From NCBI GenBank assembly GCA_965205855.1, contig OZ242184.1, positions 736,001-800,000 on the forward strand: DNA of 64,000 nt, written 5' to 3'. The DNA comes from Thermodesulfobacteriota bacterium (GTDB taxonomy: Bacteria > Desulfobacterota_D > UBA1144 > Nemesobacterales > Mycalebacteriaceae). Shown in pieces: positions 40,693 through 50,228 of this stretch. The notes under the pieces were generated by a model that saw only the letters and a list, made by a program, of their open reading frames with translations, was not told where the DNA came from and did no database searches. A program made the position numbers and the translations under genes. How positions within the stretch are numbered: the first letter of the stretch is position 1; every line of letters starts with the position of its first letter.

Positions 40693-42408
40693 ATAGCAAC
40701 AACTCCTGTTTACGGAAAGAAATCTGGCCTTACTAGCAGAGAAATCAAGCTGCTTCTCAAAGTTTATTCAAAACGTATTGATCCAAACAGACTTATGACT
40801 CCCGAATTTGGGACCGTGCTCTGCTCCACTTTCACGGCCGTCAAAAAACCCGTTTCGGTTCTTGTTGACAAAAGAGGAAGAGTCTCCGCGGTGTTTGTGG
40901 GGGATGCCAATAATGACACAGATATTTCCTCTTTTTTTAAACGGCGACATGAAACCAGGCGTGGAATTAGAAACTACAGACTTGTTCATATTCGTGCGTG
41001 CAAACACGGACTTACCGAGAATGACAAATTTACTCTGATAAACGAGCGTCTTGAAATGGTTGGAGTTCTGAAAATGCCTGCAAACGGCTCGGATGCCGCC
41101 GCGGGATTTGAGGTTGTCTATCCCGTTTCTTTCGATAATTCTTCAAACGATTCGAAGAAATGGGAAACTGTTAAATTCAAAGACTACAGAAATGTAAAAT
41201 CTGACGTTGACAGCGCTCTTGTCTCCTCCGCGGTGAGGCGGTCATTTAATCCCTCACTACTTAGTATTATTGATGAAAAATGTGTGTTTCTTGTGGGAAT
41301 TGGACAAGGTTCGCAATTTGAAGCCGAAAAGTCTCTTGAAGAATTTACAAATCTTGCGGTTTCCGCCGACAAAAAAATTATGGGTTCCCGCATTTACATG
41401 TCTAAACGTTCAAGGTCTGCGAATAACACCGTTGTCGGAGAGAAAAAACTGAATGATGTTCTTTTGCTTGCAAGGCATAAGGGTGCGGGAACTGTGATTT
41501 TTGATGCGGAGCTTGCACCGTCCGAAATTTCCGAGATCCAAAGTCGCACCGACATGAAAATTATTGACAGGACCCAGCTGATACTTGAGATATTCTCACT
41601 GCGCGCATCCTCAAAGGAGGGGAAAATTCAGGTTAGACTCGCCGAGTTAAAATACGCCCTTCCCCGTCTTTCGGGAAAAGGAATTCAGATGTCTCAACCG
41701 GGCGCGGGGATAGGAACAAAGGGGCCGGGAGAAAAATCTCTTGAAAAAGAAAGAAGGAGACTGAGAAGCCATATCAGATATCTGGAACGGCAGACATGCA
41801 AAATATCAGAGAGGAGAGAGCGGACAAGGGTGAACCGCAAAAAACAGCATGCCAAAATAGTTTCGCTGGTTGGCTATACAAATGCGGGAAAATCAACGCT
41901 GTTTTCCGCTCTCACAAAGGAGCACACCGAGATTGCCGACAGAATGTTCTCCACTCTCGGAACAAAAACCCGCAGGATTTATTCCCCGGAAAACACCGAT
42001 ATTCTTCTGACCGATACCGTGGGTTTCATCAAAGACCTTCCCGAAGACTTAACCGCGGCTTTCAGGGCGACGCTTGAAGAGATTGGCGAAGCGAGATTGC
42101 TTCTACACGTGGCGGATACAAGCGATCAGCTTGTCGAAAATCAAATAAATACAGTTGAGCGCATAGTTGACTCAATGGGTTTCGGTTCGGTACAAAGACT
42201 TCTGGTTTTTAATAAAATAGACAAGGCTTCGAACCGAAGATTGGAAAACCTCTCCTTTATCTACCCGGACGCCGTGTTTGTTTCCGCCCTCTCGCGAAAA
42301 AACCTTGAATATGTTGCCAACCGTATTAGCTTTCTCGTAAAAGACAGAAGACGGGACGGTTTTGCAATCCCGCCGTATAAGGAGGTTGGAGAATATGATC
42401 TCATATAA
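40693..42408 (+). CDS. hflX: GTPase HflX, long form with N-terminal extension; probable ATA start
   Basis: IDRTQLILEIF, EGKIQVRLAEL, GTKGPGE, VGYTNAGKST, DTVGF, NKID. The frame is open upstream of 40795 (VYGKKSGLTSREIKLLLKVYSKRI...MTPE) to ATA 40693, which is preceded by GAGGA. Confidence 0.92.
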   Translation: MATTPVYGKKSGLTSREIKLLLKVYSKRIDPNRLMTPEFGTVLCSTFTAVKKPVSVLVDKRGRVSAVFVGDANNDTDISSFFKRRHETRRGIRNYRLVHIRACKHGLTENDKFTLINERLEMVGVLKMPANGSDAAAGFEVVYPVSFDNSSNDSKKWETVKFKDYRNVKSDVDSALVSSAVRRSFNPSLLSIIDEKCVFLVGIGQGSQFEAEKSLEEFTNLAVSADKKIMGSRIYMSKRSRSANNTVVGEKKLNDVLLLARHKGAGTVIFDAELAPSEISEIQSRTDMKIIDRTQLILEIFSLRASSKEGKIQVRLAELKYALPRLSGKGIQMSQPGAGIGTKGPGEKSLEKERRRLRSHIRYLERQTCKISERRERTRVNRKKQHAKIVSLVGYTNAGKSTLFSALTKEHTEIADRMFSTLGTKTRRIYSPENTDILLTDTVGFIKDLPEDLTAAFRATLEEIGEARLLLHVADTSDQLVENQINTVERIVDSMGFGSVQRLLVFNKIDKASNRRLENLSFIYPDAVFVSALSRKNLEYVANRISFLVKDRRRDGFAIPPYKEVGEYDLI

Positions 42409-43525
42409 ACGGATGTCCGACCATTTGATGCGGATAATACGCATAGACAGCGAGTCTCGTTTTGAGAGGGATGTCGCGCTTTTTCTTGAAAAGGAAATGA
42501 AAGAGGCCGGGGGCGAATGTTTCTACGATGACTGCGGAGAAAAAGTCGGTGGCAACACAGGAAATCTTATTGTGAAAATCAAAGGAAACACCGCCGCGCC
42601 GCCGCTGTTTCTTTGTTCCCATATGGACACGGTCCCTCCCGGCAAGGGAATTAAGCCATTTATCAAAGACGGAATTATGAGAAGCGATGGAACAACAATT
42701 TTGGGAAGTGATGACAAAAGTGGAGTTTCAATAATAGTTGAAGTCATACGCTCCCTGAAAGAGCGGGATTTGCCGCACGGTGATATTGAAATCGCTTTTA
42801 CGATATGCGAAGAGATTGGTCTTCTGGGCGTAAAACATATTGACCGCTCTTTGTTCAAGGCTTCGGATGGGATTGTTCTTGACAGCTCAACTCCCGACCG
42901 GTTGGTTATTAAATGCCCTGCTTCAGATATGTTGGAAGTTCAAATTAAAGGCATTGAAGCGCACGCCGGGTTGTGTCCAGAAAAGGGGATAAGCGCCATA
43001 CAGATAGCGTCTGAGGCAATTGCGCAAATGAGTCTCGGGAGAATAGATTCCGAAACAACCTCAAACATAGGGAAAATATCGGGAGGAAACGCAATAAATA
43101 TTATTCCGGGCTCGGTGAGTCTTCTTTGCGAGGCGAGAAGCCACAGCGAGGAGAAGCTCAAAAAACAAATAAAACATATGAGGGATTGCTTTGAGCAATC
43201 GTCTGCGAAGGCATATAGTGGCAATCCTGCGGTGGAAATTCGGCAGACGGCTCTCTATCCGGCCATGGATGTTTCCCCTTCGTCACGAATAGCAAAAATG
43301 GTTGAGGAAAATGCCCGCCGGTTTAAGCATCCGTTGGTTTTTCATACAAGCGGGGCGGGTTGCGATGCAAACTATATCAATGACAAGGGAATAGAATGCG
43401 TGAATCTTGGAACGGGAATGTATGACCTTCACACGATCAATGAGCATCTTGTTATTAAAGAGTTCAACAGGTCAGCCGACATTGTGCTTGGGACAATTGT
43501 ACAAAATGCCGAAACCGCGAGTTAA
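42395..43525 (+). CDS. M20/M25/M40 family metallopeptidase (peptidase T-like)
   Basis: SHMDTV, LGSDDKSG, CEEIG, AHAG, GCDAN, HTINE. Confidence 0.92.
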   Translation: MISYKRMSDHLMRIIRIDSESRFERDVALFLEKEMKEAGGECFYDDCGEKVGGNTGNLIVKIKGNTAAPPLFLCSHMDTVPPGKGIKPFIKDGIMRSDGTTILGSDDKSGVSIIVEVIRSLKERDLPHGDIEIAFTICEEIGLLGVKHIDRSLFKASDGIVLDSSTPDRLVIKCPASDMLEVQIKGIEAHAGLCPEKGISAIQIASEAIAQMSLGRIDSETTSNIGKISGGNAINIIPGSVSLLCEARSHSEEKLKKQIKHMRDCFEQSSAKAYSGNPAVEIRQTALYPAMDVSPSSRIAKMVEENARRFKHPLVFHTSGAGCDANYINDKGIECVNLGTGMYDLHTINEHLVIKEFNRSADIVLGTIVQNAETAS

Positions 43526-43904
43526 AAAAGCCCTTGTAATCGTTGACCACGGAAGTGCCGTTGCCGAAGCGAACCTCATTCTTATTCAAGTTGCGCGGAA
43601 ACTCAGAGAAAAAGCCGCGGGTTTTGATATTGTTGAACACTGCCATATGGAAATCGTTTCTCCGACAATGGAAGATGCGTTTGAAAAGTGTGTAAATATG
43701 GGGGCCACGGAGGTGGTGGTTCACCCGTATTTTCTAGTTCCGGGCAAACATTCCGGTTTTGACATACCTGCGATGGCCGGAGTTGCCGCGGGAAAATTCC
43801 CCGGTGTGAAATACACGGTCACCGAGCCGCTGGGTCTTCACGAAAGAATTGTGGATGTTGTTCTGGAGCGTGTTTGCGAATCCGAGAACAAATCCGCCGT
43901 TTGA
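43506..43904 (+). CDS. cbiX: Sirohydrochlorin chelatase, short CbiX/SirB type
   Basis: IVDHGS, HMEIVSPT, HPYFLVPGKHSGFDIP, EPLGLH. Confidence 0.88.
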   Translation: MPKPRVKKALVIVDHGSAVAEANLILIQVARKLREKAAGFDIVEHCHMEIVSPTMEDAFEKCVNMGATEVVVHPYFLVPGKHSGFDIPAMAGVAAGKFPGVKYTVTEPLGLHERIVDVVLERVCESENKSAV

Positions 43905-44804
43905 CGTTTTTTTTGAGGGACACTCTATTGTTTTTGATAATTCGAAATGTTTCGTATGTCTGTTTTGCCATTTTCCCTTCTTATGGTTTCTTGAAAAAAG
44001 AGACGCCTTGCTTGTTCCGCAGTAAAAAGCTATAAAACGGGATTCCGAATGTTTCAATCCGTTAACTTCGGGTCGAATTGACGATACATGAACAAACATT
44101 GCTCCGTTCAGGTTTTTTCTGTGCATAATGGTTCGTGGAAAAAAATGAGGCAAATGCAAATGTCCTGATATCCAAAGGTCAATCTTTTCTTTTTTCAAGA
44201 CTTCAACAAAACGTTCCGAGCGCAAAATCTTCCTGTCTTTCAATCTTGAAAAAATTATGGAGCTTCCCTCAAGCGGCGCGTGTGTCACAACTATAATTAT
44301 CTTGTCCCGGTTGCTTTCAACCAGATTCTTCCACCAAAGAAAAGTTTTGTCTGTTATTGTTGTTGACTTCCCCCGTGCTTCATCGGACATGAGAATAAAA
44401 AGTATGTTTCCATATCGGAAGAAGTTATGAAATCTGCCGATTTTTCTGCCATAAAGTTTTCCGAGGTCGGGTTTTATATCATGATTGCCCGCTATCTCGT
44501 GCCAAATCGGGATATACGATTTCTCCCGTTCCGCTATATACCAGTCAAAAACCTTCTCTTCGGCAGAGTTGACAATATCTCCGGCAACAAGCGCCATGTC
44601 TATTCCCTTTGTTTTTGAGTTCATATCGGCAACGGCTTTCTCAAAAGCGTGTCTGTGTTTTCTGTTCGTGGGTTGAATATCGGAGAGAAGCCACACTTTG
44701 AACACATTTTTTTTGCCAAATATATGTTCGGGAAACGGATTGCCCGCACATGATGAAAACAAAAAGGGAACGGAGACAATTATTAGGAAAAAGAGGTTAC
44801 GCAT
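43734..44804 (-). CDS. Calcineurin-like metallophosphoesterase, predicted lipoprotein
   Basis: Lipobox-like FSSC, LSDIQ, AGDI, AGNHD, THAP, SGHLH. The 3' end is uncertain because it overlaps cbiX by 171 nt. Confidence 0.8.
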   Translation of the reverse strand: MRNLFFLIIVSVPFLFSSCAGNPFPEHIFGKKNVFKVWLLSDIQPTNRKHRHAFEKAVADMNSKTKGIDMALVAGDIVNSAEEKVFDWYIAEREKSYIPIWHEIAGNHDIKPDLGKLYGRKIGRFHNFFRYGNILFILMSDEARGKSTTITDKTFLWWKNLVESNRDKIIIVVTHAPLEGSSIIFSRLKDRKILRSERFVEVLKKEKIDLWISGHLHLPHFFPRTIMHRKNLNGAMFVHVSSIRPEVNGLKHSESRFIAFYCGTSKASLFSRNHKKGKWQNRHTKHFELSKTIECPSKKTSNGGFVLGFANTLQNNIHNSFVKTQRLGDRVFHTGEFSRGNSGHRRYVKTGMFARN

Positions 44805-46117
44805 CCGCTTGCTTTCTCTTCTGAGACAGAATCTATTTTTACCTTAAGGTTTATTCCCGGAGGCAGTTTTGTTCCCTCAACGGAAACCGGAATGTAATTG
44901 TCCGTCATGCAGACGGACCTTGTTTCCGATATGGCGTGAAGAGTTCTACCGATGAATCTTTTATAGAATTTTTGCTTTTTCCACGTTCCAAGCTTACGTA
45001 GCTCAAGACTTCTATGCTTTTTCACCTCACCCGCAACCGGAGTTCCGACTGCGTATGCCGAGGTGTTCTTTCTGTGCGAATATGGAAAAACATGAAAATA
45101 TGTGAGTGCCGAGTATCTGGCTACGGCAAGCGTATTATTAAATTGCGTGTTGGTTTCTCCGGGAAATCCCACCATTATATCCGTTCCGATTGAGGCGTCA
45201 GGCATCATCTTTCTTATTGAAGAGACGCAATTCTCAAATTGCCCCGGAGAATACCTGCGCCTCATCTTCTTCAGAATCTCTTCATCACCGCTTTGAAGTG
45301 GTATGTGAAAGCTTTTGCATATGGCCTTTGATTCGGAGCAGAAACTTATCATCTCTTCGCTTATGTCCGCAGGGTCAAGGGAGCTTAGCCTGATTTTGGG
45401 CAACGGGGCGGTGCTGTTTTCAATCTGTTTCAATACTGACAGAAGAGATGTTCCGATGTCTCTTCCGTAGCTTGCAAGATGTATTCCGGTTAAAACCGCT
45501 TCTTTGTAGCCGTTTTCATAAAGATCGGAAAGCCTTTTCACAACCTCAGAAACTTCAAGGCTTCTGGACCTTCCCCGCGCCTTTGGGATTATGCAGAAAC
45601 TGCATGCATAGTTACAACCATCCTGAATTTTTAGAAAAGCTCTTGTCCTTTCATGAAAGCCGTTTATCGGAGGTGATTCAAATTTTCTTTTTTTCTCGAA
45701 AAACAGGTCCGAAACAAAAACCCGGGCGCGTCTTTGCGGATGCCCTTTTCTTACTATTTCTACAAGGGACGGGAATTTGTGGGAGTTTCCAACCACATAG
45801 TCCACTTCTTTGAGGGAAGAAATCTCATTGGCTGATATTTGAGCGTAGCACCCGGTTACAACAACGATTCCTTCGGGGTTGGATTTTTTTGCGCGTCTTA
45901 TATAGTTTCGGGCTTCAGAGTCCGCTTTGTGTGTTACCGTGCAGGTATCAATCAAATAGACATCGGCTTTGTCTGAAAATTTTTTGTTTATTTCGTATTT
46001 GCTCGCGGGAAGCCGGTCGAGCATGGCGGCGGTATCGTATTGGTTCGCTTTGCATCCGAGAGTTACAACAGAAACTCTGCGCTTGCTTCCGTTTGTATTT
46101 GTGTTCGCGGTCGTCAT
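44783..46117 (-). CDS. mtaB: tRNA t6A37 methylthiotransferase (radical SAM)
   Basis: TLGCKANQYD, DTCTVT, TGCYAQ, KIQDGCNYACSFCIIP..RG, DIMVGFPGET, HVFPYS. Confidence 0.92.
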   Translation of the reverse strand: MTTANTNTNGSKRRVSVVTLGCKANQYDTAAMLDRLPASKYEINKKFSDKADVYLIDTCTVTHKADSEARNYIRRAKKSNPEGIVVVTGCYAQISANEISSLKEVDYVVGNSHKFPSLVEIVRKGHPQRRARVFVSDLFFEKKRKFESPPINGFHERTRAFLKIQDGCNYACSFCIIPKARGRSRSLEVSEVVKRLSDLYENGYKEAVLTGIHLASYGRDIGTSLLSVLKQIENSTAPLPKIRLSSLDPADISEEMISFCSESKAICKSFHIPLQSGDEEILKKMRRRYSPGQFENCVSSIRKMMPDASIGTDIMVGFPGETNTQFNNTLAVARYSALTYFHVFPYSHRKNTSAYAVGTPVAGEVKKHRSLELRKLGTWKKQKFYKRFIGRTLHAISETRSVCMTDNYIPVSVEGTKLPPGINLKVKIDSVSEEKASGCVTSFS

Positions 46118-46130
46118 TGTGAAGTTCTCC

Positions 46131-47213
46131 TTATGTGGAAAGCGTCTGTTTTATCCACCCGCCTCCAAGCACTTCGCTGTTATTGTAAAAAACAACCGCC
46201 TGTCCCGGAGTAACAGCTCTTTGAGGTTGCTTAAATCTGACAACCGCATTGCCGTCCGGTGTGATCTCAACAACGGCTTTCTGCTCCGGATGCCTGTGTC
46301 TTATCTTGGCTCCGACTTCTATTTTACCTTCCGGTGTTTCTCCAACCCATGAAAGCCTCTCCGCGACAAGAGCCCGGTTGTAAAGGTGGTTTTCCTTTCC
46401 GACCACAACTTTGTTACGGGATGCGTCAATTTTGACCACGTAAGATGGGTCGCTTTCGGGTTGTGATGTTTTGATGCCGAGCCCTCTTCTCTGTCCGATT
46501 GTATAAGAGTGAATTCCATCATGTTTGCCGATGGTTACGCCGCTTGTGTCAACCATTTCCCCTTTGCTTGAGGCTGTGTCGTTGATTTTTCCGGAAAGAA
46601 AGTTCCTGTAATTGCCGCCCGTTAGAAAGCAAACTCCCATGCTTTCGGGTTTCTCCGCCACTTCAAGACCAAACTCCCGCGCCTTTTCCCTAACTTCGGT
46701 TTTTGTGCTACTCCCTATCGGAAACATCAGATTCGCGAGCTCTTTCTGCTTGAGAGTAAAAAGAAAATAAGTCTGGTCTTTGTGGTTGTCAACACCTTTG
46801 AATAAAGATTTGCCACCCCGAACATCCCTCACTTGCGCGTAATGACCAGTTGCCAGAGCAAATGCCCCGAGATTCTGGGCGCGTTGCAACAACAGGTCAA
46901 ACTTCATGAACTGATTGCAAAGAGTGCACGGAACGGGAGTCTCTCCGGACTCATATTTTTTGACGAAATCACGGACGACTGTTTTTTTGAATGGCTCCAT
47001 GTAGTTGGCTACATAGTGCGGTATGCCTATCTGGCGAGCCACGTTTCTCGCGTCTCTGACCTCATCCGCCGAACAGCACCCACCCGAAGACTCGCCGTAG
47101 TCCCAGAGCTGCATGGTTATTCCTATGACTTCATGCCCTTGGTTTTTCAGAATTGCAGCAACGGTGGATGAGTCCACTCCCCCACTCATGGCAACAACTA
47201 TTCTTTTTTTCAT
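46131..47213 (-). CDS. mnmA: tRNA-specific 2-thiouridylase
   Basis: VAMSGGVDSS, CTLCN, ATGHYA, KDQTYFL, TIGQRRG, TPGQ. The real start is ATG 47213; the track's extension runs through tRNA-Pro. Confidence 0.96.
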   Translation of the reverse strand: MKKRIVVAMSGGVDSSTVAAILKNQGHEVIGITMQLWDYGESSGGCCSADEVRDARNVARQIGIPHYVANYMEPFKKTVVRDFVKKYESGETPVPCTLCNQFMKFDLLLQRAQNLGAFALATGHYAQVRDVRGGKSLFKGVDNHKDQTYFLFTLKQKELANLMFPIGSSTKTEVREKAREFGLEVAEKPESMGVCFLTGGNYRNFLSGKINDTASSKGEMVDTSGVTIGKHDGIHSYTIGQRRGLGIKTSQPESDPSYVVKIDASRNKVVVGKENHLYNRALVAERLSWVGETPEGKIEVGAKIRHRHPEQKAVVEITPDGNAVVRFKQPQRAVTPGQAVVFYNNSEVLGGGWIKQTLST

Positions 47214-47232
47214 TTTCTTCAATCCGGCTTTT

Positions 47233-47306
47233 TCGGGGTGACTGGACTTGAACCAGCGACCTCTGCGTCCCGAACGCAACGCTCTGCCAATCTGAGCTAC
47301 ACCCCG
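47233..47306 (-). tRNA. tRNA-Pro(CGG)
   Basis: CGGGGTGTAGCTCAGATTGGCAGAGCGTTGCGTT-CGG-GACGCAGAGGTCGCTGGTTCAAGTCCAGTCACCCCGA; CCA not encoded. Confidence 0.95.
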
Positions 47307-47415
47307 TTTTGTTTTCAGAAAAGATAATAATAACGAATATACAGTTTTTTCACACTCCATAATATGTGCGGCGTGAGTTGAAAAACAATTTCGCACGGGA
47401 TACTTTCCACAAAGT

Positions 47416-48216
47416 ATGCCTTCTTCCCAAGCAATTGGAATTTTCGATTCAGGTATCGGCGGGCTAACTGTTGTTCGCGAAGTAATGAGATTTCTGCCTC
47501 TTGAAAGCATCGTCTATCTGGGAGATACCGCCCGCCTTCCCTACGGAACGAAGTCTCGGGAAACGGTAACGGGATATTCTCGTAAAAATTCACAGTTTCT
47601 TGCCTCAAAAGACGTGAAGATTATAATAGCCGCTTGTAACACGGCATCGGCTCACTCTGTTTCGATTCTTTCGGATGAGGTTGAGGTTCCGATTCTCGGC
47701 GTTATTGAGCCCGGAGTAAAAAAAGCTTGCAGGATTACTCGAAACGGAAAAATAGGCGTTATAGCGACTCCATCTACTATAAGAAGCGGAGAATACGCCC
47801 GTGTCCTTGGCAGGGAAAATCCTCTGTTAAAAACGGTTTCCATCTCTTGTCCGCTTTTTGTTTCTCTTGTTGAAGAGGGATGGGTTGAAGGTGAAATAGC
47901 AGTCAAAACTGCACGGAAGTATCTTGCTCCGCTGAAGGATGAAGACATTGACACCCTTATACTTGGCTGTACCCACTACCCTCTTATGAAAAAAACCATT
48001 TCAGAAGTAATGGGGAAAAAGGTGACGCTTGTTGACTCAGCCGAAGAAACTGCAGCGGAAGTTGCGGATTTTATGAAAATAAACGGACTGTTGAGTAAAA
48101 ACGGCGAAAGCTCTTCGGAATTCTACCTTACCGACGGCTCGGAGAACTTTCTCGGTATTGCCAGAAGATTTCTTGGAAGTGAGATTAAAGAGGTTCAAGT
48201 TGTAGATTTCTCCTGA
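47416..48216 (+). CDS. murI: Glutamate racemase
   Basis: FDSGIGGLTV, PYGTK, ACNTAS, LGCTHYP. Confidence 0.97.
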   Translation: MPSSQAIGIFDSGIGGLTVVREVMRFLPLESIVYLGDTARLPYGTKSRETVTGYSRKNSQFLASKDVKIIIAACNTASAHSVSILSDEVEVPILGVIEPGVKKACRITRNGKIGVIATPSTIRSGEYARVLGRENPLLKTVSISCPLFVSLVEEGWVEGEIAVKTARKYLAPLKDEDIDTLILGCTHYPLMKKTISEVMGKKVTLVDSAEETAAEVADFMKINGLLSKNGESSSEFYLTDGSENFLGIARRFLGSEIKEVQVVDFS

Positions 48217-48228
48217 TTTTCTTTGTTT

Positions 48229-49218
48229 TTATTCAGCCAGCGCTTTTTTCAATTCTTCGGAAAGTCGGGGAAGAACTTCAAAAAGATCTCCGCAAATTCC
48301 ATAGTCCGATTTCGCAAATATGGGCGCTTCGGGGTCTTTGTTGATTGAAACGATCACTTTTGATGATCCCATTCCCGAGAAGTGCTGAACCGAACCGGAA
48401 ATCGCTATTGCCATATAGAGATTGGGCGAAACGGCCTTTCCTGTCTGTCCAACCTGCATATCGTAGGGACAATAACCCGCGTCAACAGCCGCTCTCGTCG
48501 CCCCCGCAGCGGCACCAAGCATATCGGCAAGGTCGTATATGTGCTTGAAGTTTTCTTCATTGCCAAGTCCCCTGCCTCCCGAAACCACTCTTTCTGCTTC
48601 GGTAAGCTCAGGTCTGTCAGATTTTTTGGTTTGCATCTCCATAAGTTTTATTTTTAAGTCCTCCGGAGATATGTCCACGTTTTCTTCCACTATTTCACTT
48701 GAAACGGGGGCTTCCTCCTCTTTGAACGAATTCGGTCGCACGGTCGAAATCATTGTGTTGATTGCGTGAAACTGCTGAGTGGATATCGCACGGCTCGAGT
48801 GGGAATAACGTTGTATGACAAGGGAGGCGTCTGCAAAGTCAATATCTATGACTTCCATGGCAAGACCCGAGCCCGTAGCCGCAGCAACCCGCGGAATATA
48901 GTCCTCGGAGAAGGAACTGTGCCCTATAAGCACAACTGCAGGAGAGTGTTTTTTGATAAGTTCACAAAGAACTTTCCGGTAACTTTCGGGGTTGAACTCC
49001 TTAAGGTGTTCGTTCTGAACTGTGTAAATTTTCTGAACTCCAAACTTGCTCATTTGCTCCGCTTGCGAAGATAAAGAGTCCGCCATGACAACTCCGCACA
49101 GCATGGCCCCCTCAATCTTTGGCGCAAGCGCGCGACGGGCCTGAGAGATTATCTCAAAGGTTACTTTTCTTATTGACCCGTCCAGTTTGGGGTCGGCTAC
49201 AATCCAGATTTCACTCAT
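48229..49218 (-). CDS. etfA: Electron transfer flavoprotein subunit alpha
   Basis: VSGGRG, GATRAAVDAG, QVGQTG, ISGSVQH, INKDPEAPIF. Confidence 0.95.
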   Translation of the reverse strand: MSEIWIVADPKLDGSIRKVTFEIISQARRALAPKIEGAMLCGVVMADSLSSQAEQMSKFGVQKIYTVQNEHLKEFNPESYRKVLCELIKKHSPAVVLIGHSSFSEDYIPRVAAATGSGLAMEVIDIDFADASLVIQRYSHSSRAISTQQFHAINTMISTVRPNSFKEEEAPVSSEIVEENVDISPEDLKIKLMEMQTKKSDRPELTEAERVVSGGRGLGNEENFKHIYDLADMLGAAAGATRAAVDAGYCPYDMQVGQTGKAVSPNLYMAIAISGSVQHFSGMGSSKVIVSINKDPEAPIFAKSDYGICGDLFEVLPRLSEELKKALAE

Positions 49219-49258
49219 CGATTTGAATCCTCCAATTATCTTTTGATATTTTCTGAAG

Positions 49259-50098
49259 TCAGATAACTCTGGCTTCTTCCCTGAGAAGTTTGACTATTTC
49301 CTGAGCGGAGCTGGCAATTTCATCATTTTTGACCGTTGTGCCATCCGAACCTTTGATTATCTTCAGTCTTCTCTCAACCTGTGGAACTTCAACTTTTATG
49401 GTTTTCACTTTTGAGCCGTTTTTACCGACATTTTCACGGGAAATTCCCAGCGCGCTAAAATCTATGTCATCAAGTGAAATTTCCTGAACGGGCTTTTTCT
49501 TCGCTTTCATTATGCCGGGAAGAGATGCGTAACGCGGCTCATTCATCGCATCCGGGCAAGTTATGAGAGCGGGAAGAGGAACCTCAATGGTTGCAGTTCC
49601 GCCGTCAACTTCTTTGTGACATACCATTTTCTTTTCATCGGGTTTTACCTCAACAACTTTGCTGACAAGCGCGGCATGGGGAATGGAAAGCTCTTCGGCG
49701 ATTTGTATTCCAATCTGAGCGGACTCTTCGTCAATCACTTTCATTCCGGTAAATATCAAATCAAAATCACCGATTTTTTTAATCTCACCCGCAACAATTT
49801 TTGAGATTGTGTAAGGGTCGGTTTCGGCAAATCCTTCATCCTTTATGTGAACTGCGGAAGCTGCCCCCATGGCAAGCCCCTGACGGATGGCATCGATTGT
49901 TCTTGACGGCCCCGCTGATACGATTACGACTTCTCCCCCGAATGCTTCGGCTGTTTGAATTGCCTCCTCAACGGCAAACTCATCATATGGGTTCATTATC
50001 CATTTGATTCCTTCCGAATCAATTGAATCACCCGAAGCGCTTACCTTTATCTTTGCTTCGGTGTCTTGTGTCTGAGTTATAAAAACCACAATTTTCAT
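49259..50098 (-). CDS. etfB: Electron transfer flavoprotein subunit beta
   Basis: MNPYDEFAVEEA, LAMGA, NEPRYASLPGIMKAKKK. Confidence 0.95.
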   Translation of the reverse strand: MKIVVFITQTQDTEAKIKVSASGDSIDSEGIKWIMNPYDEFAVEEAIQTAEAFGGEVVIVSAGPSRTIDAIRQGLAMGAASAVHIKDEGFAETDPYTISKIVAGEIKKIGDFDLIFTGMKVIDEESAQIGIQIAEELSIPHAALVSKVVEVKPDEKKMVCHKEVDGGTATIEVPLPALITCPDAMNEPRYASLPGIMKAKKKPVQEISLDDIDFSALGISRENVGKNGSKVKTIKVEVPQVERRLKIIKGSDGTTVKNDEIASSAQEIVKLLREEARVI

Positions 50099-50168
50099 TT
50101 CTTAATCCTCTCTTTGGCAGCCTTTAATTCTGGCTGAGAACTTGTTTGATAGAGATAAGGCAATGGTT

Positions 50169-50196
50169 ATTATAGAGAATGGCTTTTTACTGTCAA
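50169..50196 (-). promoter_or_regulatory. Sigma70 promoter of etfBA
   Basis: TTGACA-N16-TATAAT on the minus strand. Confidence 0.7.
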
Positions 50197-50228
50197 GGAA
50201 TCTTTCCAAGCTATGAAAGAGGCGGTTT

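Noticed and set aside
40567-42408. The 34-aa membrane ORF is in frame with hflX and separated by a single TGA, suggesting readthrough, Sec insertion or a membrane-anchored HflX
   Set aside because: In-frame placement has a 1-in-3 chance. TGA-T is an efficient stop context, no SECIS-like hairpin follows, hflX has its own SD, and many genes here end in TGA, so there is no recoding.
47214-47510. N-terminally extended MnmA (46131..47510)
   Set aside because: The extension crosses tRNA-Pro and murI antisense; the MnmA motifs start at 47213.
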